Positions 1 through 13,409 of a stretch of DNA of 64,000 bases are shown here, piece by piece (positions within the stretch are counted from its first letter, which is position 1; each line of letters opens with the position of its first letter). Source of the DNA: Eledone cirrhosa (lineage: Eukaryota). The stretch covers positions 5,394,001-5,458,000 of the forward strand of contig OZ024762.1 of assembly GCA_964016885.1 (NCBI GenBank). The letters run 5' to 3'. A program made the translations under genes and the position numbers. Below the pieces are notes generated by a model that was given only the letters and a program-made list of their open reading frames with translations, searched no databases and was not told the DNA's origin.

Positions 1-41
1 TCCTTACGGGGTCGATAAAATAAAGTACCAGTAATGTAGTT

Positions 42-1152
42 ACACACATTGTAGAGCTAGCCTAGGGTACTAGATGCCCAGACATACACTGTAGAGCTAG
101 CCTAGGGTACTAAATACCCAAACATACATTGTAGAGCTAGCCTAGGGTACTAGATGCCCAGACATACACTGTAGAGCTAGCCTAGGGTACTAAATACCCA
201 AACATACATTGTAGAGCTAGCCTAGGGTACTAAATACCCAGACATACATTGTAGAGCTAGCCTAGGGTACTAAATACCCAAACATACATTGTAGAGCTAG
301 CCTAGGGTACTAAATACCCAGACATACATTGTAGAGCTAGCCTAGGGTACTAAATACCCAAACATACATTGTAGAGCTAGCCTAGGGTACTAAATACCCA
401 AACATACATTGTAGAGCTAGCCTAGGGTACTAAATACCCAAACATACATTGTAGAGCTAGCCTAGGGTACTAAATACCCAAACATACATTGTAGAGCTAG
501 CCCAGAGTACTGAATACCCAGATATACACTGTAGAGCTAGCCTAGGGTACTAAATACCCAGACATACACTGTAGAGCTAGCCTAGGGTACTAAATACCCA
601 GACATACACTGTAGAGCTAGCCTAGGGTACTAAATACCCAGACATACACTGTAGAGCTAGCCTAGGGTACTAAATACCCAGACATACACTGTAGAGCTAG
701 CCCAGAGTACTGAATACCCAGATATACATTGTAGAGCTAGCCCAGGGTACTAAATACCCAGACATACATTGTAGAGCTAGCTAGGGTACTAAATACCCAG
801 ACATACATTGTAGAGCTAGCCTAGGGTACTAAATACCCAGACATACATTGTAGAGCTAGCCTAGGGTACTAGATGCCCAGACATACATTATAGAGCTAGC
901 CTAGGGTACTAAATACCCAGACATACATTGTAGAGCTAGCCCAGGGTACTAAATACCCAGACATACATTGTAGAGCTAGCCCAGGGTACTGAATACCCAG
1001 ACATACATTGTAGAGCTAGCCCAGGGTACTGAATACCCAGATATACATTGTAGAGCTAGCCCAGGGTACTGAATACCCAGATATACATTGTAGAGCTAGC
1101 CCAGGGTACTAAATACCCAGACATACATTGTAGAGCTAGCCCAGGGTACTGA
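42..1152. repeat. 40-bp tandem minisatellite (~28 copies)
   Basis: Unit ACATACATTGTAGAGCTAGCCTAGGGTACTAAATACCCAG repeated head-to-tail with few variants; 1-bp register shift near 781. Confidence 0.95.
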
Positions 1153-1339
1153 ATATCTTGGGTAAAACATCAACATCACTTCAAAGATTTGTTCAATGTT
1201 GTGGTTACTATGGTAACGATATAGCCATAGGTCAACCCCGACCCTACATAGAGATTTATGATCAAATGTGTTCCAGTTGTGACCATCTCCTCTCATCATC
1301 TAATGTCTCCTGTTTTAAGACACTTGAATGAAATTTTGA

Positions 1340-1651
1340 GGTTGTTGTTGTTGTTGCCGTGGTTGTTGTCATTGTTGTTATTGTTGTAGTTGTTGTTGTT
1401 GTTGTAGTTGTTGTTGTCGTAGTTGTTGTTGTAGTTGTTGTCGTTGTTGTAGTTATTGTTGTTATTGTTGTTGTTGTCGTTGTTGTTGTTGTCATTGTTG
1501 TTTATGTGGTGATTAGAATTTTATGTGTTTTTTTAAGTTGTTCCAGACAATAAACATTACCATAGCAACACTAACTGTTCCAACACCGCCAATCAATGTC
1601 ATCAACATCATCATCGCCATCATCCTCATCACCATCGCCATTACCATCACT

Positions 1652-1682
<31 letters not shown>

Positions 1683-1700
1683 CTACCACCACCACCATCA
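1340..1700. repeat. (GTT)n and (CAT)n trinucleotide microsatellites
   Basis: Direct reading; source of the poly-T/V/I ORFs. Confidence 0.9.
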
Positions 1701-1779
1701 TGAAACAGACATTTAGACATACTGATACACACACACATTTATATATATATATATATATACATGAAGAGTAACAAAAAGT

Positions 1780-3305
1780 GCTGACATCATTGTTGTGTGA
1801 GACACGTTCTGACAGGCGTGACCGGACCTTCAAGCAGATCAAGGCACGTGTGCAACATCGATTGAGAGTCATGCAGGATACCTGGTGGAGAAAAATTGCT
1901 AATGAAGTCCAGAAAGCCTCTGATAGACATGATACAATCTGCTCAGGGAGGTGTATGGTCCAACCGGTCTACAAATATCACCACTTCGCTCCAAAGTCGG
2001 TAAGGAATTGCTCAGAGATCCGAAGGAAATCCTGATCAAGTGGCATGACCACTTTGATGAGCTCCTCAACAAACCATCAGAAATCGATGATGAGTTCATC
2101 TGGTCGATTCCATCCAGACCTACAAAGCTGGCAATGGTTGATCCTCCTTCATTTGATGAGATGGCAAAGGCCATTGACAAATTAAACAGCGGCAAGTCAC
2201 CTGGAATGGATAGACTGAGTGCCAAGATCTTCAAGTGTGCTGGTGATAACTTCTTAAACCGCCTCACTGATCTCTTTGTGAATGTTTGGAATGAAGATGT
2301 ACCACAGGACTGGAGAGATGCATTGATGGTGGTGCTTTACAAAGGAAAGGGAGCGAAAGATGACTGTGGCAACTACAGAGATATTTCACTGCTATCTGTA
2401 GCTGGGAAGATCTTGTGCAGGATTTTGTTGGACAGATTGATACGACACATAACTGTTGAGGTACTTCCTGAGTCCTAGTGTGGCTTTAGTAATGGCAGAG
2501 GCACTGTTGACATGATCTTCTCGGCCAAACAACTTCAAGACAAATGCATTGAGCAGCACATGGACTTATACCGAGTTTTTGTCGATCTGACCAAGGCTTT
2601 GTGGGTTATTTTAGAGAGATTGGGCTGTCCTGAAAAGTTTGTGAACATTCTGAAACTCTTCCACGATGACATGCAGGCATGGGTGAATGTTGGAGGTAAA
2701 TTGTCTGAGCCAATCTCGGTTGAAAATAGTGTCAAGCAAGGTGATATACCTGCACCAACTGTGTTTGCCTTGTATTTAGCAATGGTGTTCTTCATGACCT
2801 TTAAGGATTGTCAACACGGTATCTATCTTAGATATCGCACTTCCGGCAAGCTGTTTAACCTCAGGTGTCTCACTGCCAACACTAAGGTACGGACTACCTT
2901 GATCAGAAAATTTCTATATGCAGATGATTGTGATCTCTTTGCACACTCCCAGAGTGACATGCAACACCTTATGAATTCTTTTTCCAATGCGTGCAGTGCT
3001 TTGGGACTGACAATCAGTCTGAAGAAGACTGTCGTCATGTACCAACCTGCTCCGGATAAAGTTTTCAATGAACCCGCCATTTATGTATACGGTCAAAAGC
3101 TGAAGGCTGCTGACACACTTGTGTATTTGGGGAGTACTCTGAGTGTGGCCTGTTCTCTGGATGCAGAAGATGGTCTACGTGTTAGTAGGGCAAGTGGGTC
3201 ATTTGGAAGGCTCGGCGACCCTCTTTGGTGCAGGCGAGGAATCACAATGAGCACCAAGGTGAGAGTGTATGCTGTATGTGTACTGTCAGCTTTGCTGTAT
3301 GCGTG
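1780..3305 (+). mobile_element. RTE-clade (BovB-like) LINE reverse transcriptase, degenerate
   Basis: Translation contains GKSPGMD, NYRDISLLSVAGKIL, PES*CGF (premature TAG 2476-2478), VKQGD, LYADD, YLGS; frameshift near 1950; ends in (GACA)n. Confidence 0.9.
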
Positions 3306-3457
3306 TGACAGACTAACCGGCAGACAGACAGACAGACGGACAAACAGACAGACAGGCAGACAGACAGGCAGACAGACAGACAGACAGGCAGACAGACATA
3401 CAGACAGACAGAGAGACAGAGAGACAGACAGAGAGACAGAGAGACAGACAGACAGAC

Positions 3458-3488
<31 letters not shown>

Positions 3489-3543
3489 GACAGACAGACA
3501 GAGAGACAGAGAGACAGACAGACAGACAGAGAGACAGACAGAC

Positions 3544-3574
<31 letters not shown>

Positions 3575-3645
3575 GAGACAGACAGGCAGACAGACAGACA
3601 GACAGAGAGACAGAGAGACAGAGAGACAGAGAGACAGACAGAGAC
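3306..3645. repeat. (GACA)n/(GAGA)n microsatellite
   Basis: Direct reading. Confidence 0.95.
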
Positions 3646-3837
3646 TGATTAAGACTTCAATAGAAACATAATCCGTAAGATTTGTGTCTTACGTAAAGAC
3701 GATTTGAGAGCAGAAAAGGTGAATATCTCTTTGTCACGGTTCACTGATCACGTGATCATGTGGCGTGACTGAGACACGGGTTCGAGATTGTCACTTGAAA
3801 TCAGGTAATCCTTTTTAAATCTACTGGTCACTTGTAT

Positions 3838-4295
3838 GGTGGGGGGTAGTGGTGATGGTGGTGGTGGTGGTTGTGGTGGTGGTGGTGATGGTAGTGATGG
3901 TGGTGGTGGAGGATAGCGGTGGTGGTGGTCGTGTTGGTGGTGGTGATGGTTGTGGTGGCAGTGGTGATGGTAGTGATGGTGGTGGTGTTGGTGGAGGATA
4001 GTGGTGATTGTGGTGGTGGTGGTGGTGGTGATGGTGGTGGTGGGTCTAGTGGTGATGGTGATGATGGTGGTGGTGGTGATGGTGGTGGTGGTGGTGGTGG
4101 GTGTAGTAGTGATGGTGGTGGTGGGCGTAGTGGTGATGGTGGTGGTGGTGGGTGTGATGGAGATGGTGGTGGTGGTGGGTGTGATGGTGATGGTGGTGGT
4201 GGTGTAGGATAGTGGTGGTGGTGGTGGTGGTGATGGTGGTGGTGGTGGGTGTGGTGGTGATGGTGATGGTGGTGGTGGTGTTAGTGGTGATAGTT
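3838..4295. repeat. (GGT)n microsatellite
   Basis: Direct reading. Confidence 0.9.
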
Positions 4296-4434
4296 GTAAT
4301 AATTGTTTCTACGTTAGGCACAAGGCCAGCAATTACCCAGTGTATTACTGGTACTTTATTTTATCGACCCAGTACTGCCAATACTGGAATTGAACCATCA
4401 AGACAGTTCAGGTATGTCATACATACATCAATTC

Positions 4435-4504
4435 ATGTATTTTATCTGATGAGGACGTACTGAAAAAACAGCACAGTACCTCCGAAATATATATAATAAA
4501 ACAT
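4435..4504 (+). ncRNA. Type I hammerhead ribozyme motif in a Penelope-like non-coding insert
   Basis: TTTTAT-CTGATGA(4446)-stem II GGAcGTACTG/CAGTACcTCC-GAA-palindromic ATATATAT-A-ATAAAA; stem I pairs. Confidence 0.7.
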
Positions 4505-4646
4505 ATTTTGATTATGTGAACGTCTTCATTTATTAATATTTTGAATAATATTAATAACTCCAGAAAACTTCTTTGTAGAGTGCTTTTAATCTATTGTAAA
4601 TCTATATTTATTGAATAATCAATGAACCATATTAATCTTTGGTTAT

Positions 4647-4722
<76 letters not shown>

Positions 4723-5133
4723 GTTAGTTGTGCAGCAGTGCTCAAGATTGCGTGTCAGAATTGCAGAAAAGCAGTGCAGGCGTGCCGGGGTTCGAGGTTG
4801 ACACGAAAATAATAAAAATATTAATGTGTAATCCGTTCTGAGATATTCTCAGCCCTCTTCTATTACATGCTTAACTGGTCATTGACCGAGATAGGAGGTA
4901 GTAGGAAGTAGCAGGGGGTAGAAGGGGCTATGGATGGGGTGGGAGGAAGGTAAGGAGGAAGGAATTGAAGAAGGAGAAGGTAGGGATACGCTGATATGTG
5001 TATATATATATATATATATAGAAAGAGAGAGAGAGAGGGGTAGAGAGGGAGAGATAAATAAATAAATATATATATATATATGTATATATATACACACGCA
5101 ACATAAATAACAATCAAATTGTGTTTAAGGCAT

Positions 5134-5191
5134 TTAATTGCTTACGATCGTTTCATACAGACATAGGTCTGGAATCATCGGAGCATATTAA
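5134..5191 (-). ncRNA. Degenerate hammerhead motif (CCGATGA core)
   Basis: Minus strand TGCT-CCGATGA-..CAGACctatGTCTG..-GAA-ACGATCGT-A-AGCA; core has a U-to-C change. Confidence 0.45.
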
Positions 5192-5260
5192 AGGTTAAAA
5201 CAAATAAATTCCTAATCATTAGAACATTCATTAATATACATTATATATATAAATAAATAA

Positions 5261-5319
<59 letters not shown>

Positions 5320-6419
5320 TCGACAGTGAGACAATGAGATAATAACAGAGATAAAGGCAGACCGACTGGGGAGGGGGGGATAATAACACAGCTTTTATTT
5401 CTTCCCAGTACATTTCTTTTCCCTTTACACCAATACTACCACCTCCATCATCATCACCATCACCATCACCACCATCATCACTACCATTACCACCTCCATC
5501 ATCATCACCATCACCACCATCATCACTACCATTACCACCTCCATCATCATCACCATCACCACCATCATCACTACCATTACCACCACTATCACCATCATCA
5601 CTCCTTTTTTCTTTTTCTCTCTCCCTTTCCTCCTTTCTCTTTTTCTCTCTCTACATTTCCTACTTTCTCTTTTCCTCTCTCTACCTCTCCCTTTATCCTC
5701 TCCTTACGCTTCTACTTCTCCCCATCTCCCGCCCTCTCTTTCTTTCTCCCTCCCTGTCTCCCTCTCCCTATCTCACTCTGCCTCACTTTCATTCTCTTTC
5801 TTTCCCTCTCTCGGTCTCTCTCTCTACCTACCTTCCTTCCTTTCTATCTATCTCCCTCTCCCTGCTTCCCTTTCTCTCCGCCTCTCTCCCTACCTCCTTG
5901 CCACTCTCTTTCCTACTCTCTCCCTCCCTCCTTGACACTCTCTTTCCTACTCTCTCCCTCCCTCCTTGTCACTCTCTTTCCTACTCTCTCCCTCCCTCCT
6001 TGACACTATCTTTCCTCCTCTCTCCCTCTCTGCATCACTCCCTCTCACACTTTCCGTTTTCATTTCCGCTATCGTCTGCCTTCAATGAAATATTTTCTTT
6101 CGCATCTTCACTAATGGAGTGAAACCGTCAATTAAAACAACAACAAGAACAAAAACTAAAACCTAACTACAGTCCCACCCCAAAAAACATCGCAGTGTGT
6201 CCTGCCTCTAGCAAGCGATTCTATATGATCGACCATATGTCACCTATTGGCCAATGTTTGCTGCAAATGTTCGATAAATTGTAAGCACGTAAGCGGCGGT
6301 TTCGAATTCAAAGACACCGAACACACGGCATCCTAAAATGTTTGTAATGGGGGGAAATGGTGGTGTTATTATGCGGGCGGGTGAATGTTCGCTCCATCTA
6401 CTTCCCAGCTCTTTCCCCC

Positions 6420-6930
6420 TTCACCACTACTATCACCACCGCAACCATCAACATCACCACTACCACCACAACCACTATCATCACCACCAGCATCATCATC
6501 ATCATCATCACCGCCACCACCATCATCATCACTATCATCATCACCACCACCACCACCACCATCCCACAACCATCAACATCACCACCACCACCACAACCAC
6601 TATCATCATCACCAGCATCATCATCATCATCAACATCATCACCACCACCACCATCATCATCACTATCATCATCACCACCACCACCACCATCATCCCACAA
6701 CCATCAACATCACCACCACCACAATCATCATCATCACCAGCATCATCATCATCATCATCATCATCACCAGCATCATCATCATCATCATCACCGCCACCAC
6801 CATCATCATCACTATCATCATCATCACCACCACCACCATCCCACAACCATCATCATCACCACCACCACCACCACAACCACTATCATCACCACCACCACCA
6901 TTATCATCACCATCAGCACCACCACCATAA
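6420..6930. repeat. (CAT/CAC)n compound microsatellite
   Basis: Direct reading; poly-H/T/P ORFs are artefacts. Confidence 0.9.
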
Positions 6931-6983
6931 TCGCATCTTCAATTTCCCAGGCCTTTCCTTCTTGCAGCCCTTTCATTCCTTTT

Positions 6984-7014
<31 letters not shown>

Positions 7015-7290
7015 CACACACTCTCTGTCTCTTTCTCTCCCACCCGCTCTCCTTGTCTCTATCTATCTATCTATCTTTCTCCTCCCCTTTCTTTCTCTCC
7101 TTCCCTGTTTATCTATATATGTTTACGTGTCTATGGATGTATATATATATATATATAGAGAGAGAGAGTAATGGATGTATATATATATATATATATATAT
7201 ATCGTGCCTCGAGCTGGTCGCCAGAGAAACGATTGTAATATGTCTAATAAATTTTATTCGTCGCACCACTGATTCTCCGTTTCTTATGTG

Positions 7291-7443
<153 letters not shown>

Positions 7444-7463
7444 ATATATATATATATATATAT

Positions 7464-7536
<73 letters not shown>

Positions 7537-7675
7537 AATGTATTCTGAGGTTTTCGAATATTAATAATAACATTCGATTCGTTTGAAATTATGCAAACAA
7601 GCCTCATTTTTAAAGCCATGTCAGTAGACTGAACCCCTCATTCTTGCTCTTGTGTTGGCATGTAAACATGTAAAT

Positions 7676-7732
<57 letters not shown>

Positions 7733-7844
7733 ACGAAGGAAGTGTGGTAAGGAACAAGGTGGACTATAACGCACCAGAGTACTCAATACTTTGGGTAGTA
7801 GAGTGGGTAATAGGAAAATGTTCAAGACCCCGGGAGCAGAGCTC

Positions 7845-8464
7845 AAGCCGTTTCGACGGCTATTTCTGGACTGATAGTTTGCCCACTTCTGGGTGAGCTC
7901 AAATACCTTGGCCGTGACCTCGTTCCAGTTTTTCTCCGCCTGGAGGTCCGGACCGAACCAGACCCCCGAGCAATTTCACCCGTCCTTCCGTCTAGCTGTC
8001 GGACGGCATCGGTTTGCCTCTCCACGCTCCGAGTTGCAAACCGACAGATTTGTCCGGGTTGAGTTTTGCCCCTGTAAGCCTTTCGTATTCCTGCAGTAAG
8101 TTGCTGATCGCCCCGATTTCCAAGGTTTCCGACACCATTACCGTCACGTCGTCGGTATAAGCCGACGCCGCTTTCCGCAGTCCCGGTTCCAACGGGATGC
8201 CCTGCAAAAGCTCCAACTTCTGCAGTAGGGGCTCTGGAGTCAATACGTACAGAATGGAGGAGAGAGGGCCATCCCTGTCGGATGGAACGCATGATTGGGA
8301 ACGGCTCCGGTAGGTAGCCGTTCACCTTGACCATCGAACAGATGTTGATGTGCATTGCGGCGATCCAGCCTCTGAAGACGGGTCCGAAACCGGCCGCCTT
8401 GAGAACCGCTTCCAAATATCGATGGTCGACCCTATCGAACGCCTTAGACTGATCTAAATTGATA
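7845..8464 (-). mobile_element. Tx1/L1-clade LINE RT fragment
   Basis: INLDQSKAFDRVDHRYLEAVLKAAGFG, RSIRQG, SAYTDDVTV, GAKLNPDKS; frameshifted. Confidence 0.85.
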
Positions 8465-8689
8465 GTTAGATAGTTAGATAGATTGATAGGTAGGTAGATT
8501 GACTGATTGATTGATGGACAGACTTACAGACAGATTGATAGGTAGATAACAAATGAACGCGAGACAAATACAACAACAACAGCACAGCATAACAACACAA
8601 CAACGCAACACAATAACAGCATAACAACAGAACATGGTAAAAAAAAAACTGTACTACTGTTGATATTAAGTGAAAAGCTGTATCAGTGT

Positions 8690-8825
8690 ATACCGTGGCA
8701 GCCATGTTGAGTTAATTGAGACAGTCTCCACCGACCGGAAGATAGATGTTAACTCTTGATAATAAAATTGTCTGTAAGGAATAGGATATTTAGCTATAAC
8801 CGGAAGTGAACATTGATTGGCCGGA
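8690..8825 (-). promoter_or_regulatory. Promoter-like island (YY1-like, two ETS, CCAAT motifs)
   Basis: CAACATGGCTGCC on minus, CCGGAAG near 8735, ACCGGAAGTG near 8799, ATTGG near 8816, in unique sequence between microsatellites. Confidence 0.35.
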
Positions 8826-9627
8826 CAGAGGGAGAGAGACAGCAAAAGTGTGACAGACAGAGAATAAAAGATAAAGAGAGAGAGAATGAGGGAGTTAAAC
8901 AGAGGAGGAAAGAGAAATAGAGAGAATGAGGGAAAGGGAGAGATAGACAAACAGAGAAAGAGAGATAAATATTGAGATAGAGAGACAGACAGAGAAGGAA
9001 AGGTAGATACATAGAGAGAAAGGGGGTAGGAAAGACAAATAGAGAGAGAGTGAGAGACAGATCGATAAAAATGGAAAGATAAACAGAGAGAGGGGGCAGG
9101 GAGAGAGAGAAGAGGAGAGAGAGAAAGAGAGAGAGACAGAGAGACAGAGAGAGGGGGAGAGAGAAAGAAGGCGAGAAACGTTTTTTTTTTTAAATGAGAA
9201 TCAAAGAAGAAAAGAAAAGGAGGGAAAAGGGTGAATGAAACAGAAATGAGAGGAATAAAGAGAAAAAGTGGAAAAACCTATGAAAGGAAACTAAAAGAAA
9301 TGAGCAAGGAAAAATGGCTGATTAAAATATATAAAGTGAGAAAGAGAGAGAGAAAGAAAGAAAGAAAGAAAAAGAAGAAAAGTAAAAAAATAATGGAAGA
9401 GAGGGGGGAGATGGGGGGTGGTGAAAGAGAGAGATAGGGAGAGATGGAGGGTGATAGAGGGGGGGGGGGTGATATATATAGAGAGATTGAGTTCAATAGA
9501 GAGAGAATGATATATATATATATGTGTGTGTGTGTGTGTAAGTATGCATGTACGTATGTATGTATGTATTATGTATATATATAGAGAGAGAGAAAGTGAG
9601 AGGAAAAGATTAAGGCGAGAGAGAACG

Positions 9628-9629
<2 letters not shown>

Positions 9630-9680
<51 letters not shown>

Positions 9681-9684
9681 TATT

Positions 9685-9715
<31 letters not shown>

Positions 9716-9766
9716 ATAAATATATTTATATATATTTATATATATATATATATATATAAATATATT

Positions 9767-9797
<31 letters not shown>

Positions 9798-9908
9798 ATA
9801 AATATATTTATATATATTTATATATATATATATATAAATATATTTATATATATTTATATATTTATATATATTTATATATATATATATATAAATATATTTA
9901 TATATATT

Positions 9909-9939
<31 letters not shown>

Positions 9940-10031
9940 ATAAATATATTTATATATATTTATATATATATATATATAAATATATTTATATATATTTATA
10001 TATATATATATATAAATATATATATATATAA

Positions 10032-10072
<41 letters not shown>

Positions 10073-10078
10073 TATATG

Positions 10079-10159
<81 letters not shown>

Positions 10160-10170
10160 GTATATATATA
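9630..10170. repeat. (TA)n-rich microsatellite
   Basis: Direct reading. Confidence 0.95.
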
Positions 10171-10361
10171 TAAAGAGATAGAGGAAGAGAGAGAGGAGGG
10201 AAAGAGAGTTCAATAGAGAGAGATATCGAGCTAAATAGCACACGTGAGTTGTAAAGAGGTATCCATCTGTCAGAAGCTCTACCAAACAATGAATTCATTA
10301 AAAGCAGACGACATAATTATAACTTTTGGCCATTGAAGTCTCGCTATCCACATCATTGTCG

Positions 10362-10393
<32 letters not shown>

Positions 10394-10455
10394 GTCATCA
10401 TCATCATCATCATTGTCGTCATCATCATCATCATCATCATCATCGTCATCATTGC

Positions 10456-10486
<31 letters not shown>

Positions 10487-10490
10487 GTCG

Positions 10491-10522
<32 letters not shown>

Positions 10523-10533
10523 GTCATCATTGC

Positions 10534-10567
<34 letters not shown>

Positions 10568-11019
10568 GTCATCATCATCATCATTGTCATCATTGTCATC
10601 ATCACCATTGTCAGTAGTAGATAAACAAATATAAGAAATATTAAGAGCTACAACACCGACAACAACAACAACAACACTAACAACACTAACAACACTAACA
10701 ACAACAACAACAATAACACTAACAACAATAACAACACTAACAACAATAACAACACTAACAACAATAGCAACACTGACAACAACAACACTAACAACAACAA
10801 CACTAACAACAACAACACTAACAAAGCGGAAACCGAGGGGAAAACTTTTACAAAATCAGACACTGCACCACACCTGAAGATGATAAGGGTTCCAATAGAA
10901 ACCTACAATAAACTAAAAGACCAATTTTCGTGGGACGTTGGAAACCCTTGTCAGAAACCAATAAACTGCGTCCTCTTGAAATGTTTCCCCACCTCACCCA
11001 ACACTCCTATCAACACCCA

Positions 11020-12045
11020 AATGGCTGAGACAAGCCTTTCCGCAACTTGTCTCGCTAACGGAGCTGCAGTCCTGGGTCAAGCGGAGACCGAAGAAAATGG
11101 CACATTGAATGCGCTCAGGCGCTCACAGTCCTCTGTCAAGTGACCACAGCAATCAGTGGTGACTCCACTCGACCTAGTACGATACAAGTGCGACGACGTG
11201 TTCGGAGAGACTCTGGGCGTCGAAGAAGACGAGCTCCCCGGTCTGTTTGGTAGGACTTTCCGCCCGGGACCTATGGACATCTTCCAAAGGTTCCTGGCCT
11301 GGCAGTGCCACCGAGTAGCTCTACCAGTATGCGACAAGATCTAATGGCACGGGCGCCCCGGCAGGGATCCTTCAATAAGGACGTGTCCACGATGCGAGCA
11401 GGACATTGAAACCGTCCTGCACACAATTGTACACTGCCCGGGCGTAACCGACCTGTGGAACTACGCAGAACAACTGCTGCCGCGTGTGGGACAAATCCAG
11501 TTGACTGCCGAGTCCATAGTAAGGATCAAACCAACACCTTCATTTAAAAACGAAGGAAAGGCGGTTTTCCTCTGTATGGTGGCTATGGTGAAAGAGGTGA
11601 TATGGTGGACAAGGTTGAGAGGAATGAAGACAGATGCCTTTCTCGCCGAAGACAGATGCCTTTCCCTTCTTTAGGTACCACTTTAGCAGGAGAATCAGAG
11701 TGGATAGAGAGGCACTGCACCCCAGTAAATTTACTGAAAGGTGGGTAAATGTGGCGAGAATGGCCCGAGTGATTGGGCTTTCTCTGTATATAAACCTGTA
11801 GGTTGAAGAAGAGAGCAAAAGGAAGAAAGGAGCACTTGCACAACATGCTCCTGGAGTTGAGGGTTGTTCTATCTCCGGGATATAAAACAACCCATTTGTA
11901 ACGTCTCCCCCTATTGGGGATTTCGATTGTTAAACATTTTAAAATGTTATAATTCTATTCTTTTTACACGATTGTATGTAAAATCCCCGCCATGTCTTTG
12001 TATTGTCCCCTTTTCTTGCGCGCCCTTGTGGCAAATAAAGAAATC
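11020..12045 (+). mobile_element. Tx1/L1-clade LINE 3' end (zf-RVT region plus 3'UTR)
   Basis: FQRFLAWQCHRVALPVCDKI, CPRCEQDIETVLHTIVHCP zinc knuckle, AATAAA near 12034; homologous to 13410-14100. Confidence 0.8.
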
Positions 12046-12635
12046 TCTCTATCTATCTACCTACCTACATGTCTGTCTATCTATATCTATGTAGCTATTT
12101 ATCTTTCAGTTTCAAACTTCCTTCTCTCTCTCTCACTCCACCCCCCTGTCTCCCGCTCTTCTCCCACCACTATCCTTAACATTCCCTCTCTCTATCTATC
12201 TATCTCCTCTATCACCCCCTCTCTTACCCTCTCCCCTTTCTTTCTCTCTCCTCCCACCACTATCGTCACCCTCACCCCTCTTTCTCCTCCTCCTCTCTCT
12301 TTCTCACTATCTATCTATCTTCCCCGTCTCTCTCTCCTCCCACTACTGTCGTCACCCTCCTCTCTCTCTCCTCCCACTACTGTCGTCACCCTCCTTCTTC
12401 TCTCTCTCCTCCCACTACTGTCGTCACCCTCCTCTCTCTCTCCTCCCACTACTGTCGTCACCCTCCTTCTTCTCCCACTACTGTCGTCACCCTCCTTCCT
12501 CCTACTACTGTCGTCTGCCAAGTCTTACAATTAAGAAACGAACCGTGACTGATGATGACAAACTTCTGAGATTTCCTGTCGTCTGTCATTCTCGTTGCTT
12601 AAGATGGCGTGAAATGGTGTAATGGTTCCATGGTG

Positions 12636-13405
12636 GATTGGTGGTATGGTGGTATGGAGTGTGGTGGCGTAGTGGTGTGGTGGTGTGGTGGTGTGATGGT
12701 ATGGTGAGATTGTGGAGTGGTGGTATGGAGGTGTGGTGGTATGGTGGTATGGTGAGATTGTGGAATGGTGGTGTGGCGGAGTGGTGGTATGGTGGTATGG
12801 AGGTGTGGTGGTGTGGTGGTGTGGTGAGATTGTCGAATGGTGGTATGGTGGTATGGAGTGTGGTGGCGTAGTGGTGTGGTGGTGTGATGGTATGGTGAGA
12901 TTGTGGAGTGGTGGTATGGTGGTATGGTGAGATTGTGGAATGGTGGTGTGGCGGAGTGGTGGTATGGTGGTATGGAGGTGTGGTGGTGTGGTGGTGTGGT
13001 GGTGTGGTGGTGTGGTGGTATGGTGTGGTGGTGTGGTGTTATGGTGGTATGGTGGTGTGGTAGTGTGGTGGTGTAGTGGTGTGGTTGTATGGTGGTATGG
13101 TGGTGTGGTGGTGTGGTGGTGTGGTGGTGTGGTGGTATGGTGGTGTGGTAGTATGGTTGTATGGTGGTATGGTGGTGTGGTGGTGTGGTGGTGTGGTGGT
13201 GTGGTAGTATGGTGGTGTGGTTGTATGGTGGTGTGGTTGTATGGTGGTGTGGTGGTGTGGAGGTGTGGTGGTGTGGTGGTATGGTGGTATGGTTGTATGG
13301 TGGTGTGGTGGTGTGGTGGTGTGGTGATGTGGTTGTATGGGGGTGTGGTTGTATGGTGGTGTGGTGGTGTGGTGGTGTGGTGATGTGGTTGTATGGGGGT
13401 GTGGT
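12636..13405. repeat. (TGGTGGTG)-type G-rich microsatellite
   Basis: Direct reading. Confidence 0.9.
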
Positions 13406-13409
13406 TTCA

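Noticed and set aside
6240-6335. Possible minus-strand exon (DAVCSVSLNSKPPLTCLQFIEHLQQTLANR)
   Set aside because: Weak donor and no recognisable protein; more likely a regulatory island (ATTGGCCAAT palindrome)
6338-7238. Poly-His/Thr/Ser ORFs of 180-290 aa
   Set aside because: Trinucleotide microsatellite
10873-10915. CTGAAGA...GAAAC hammerhead-like words
   Set aside because: Could not build convincing stems I-III
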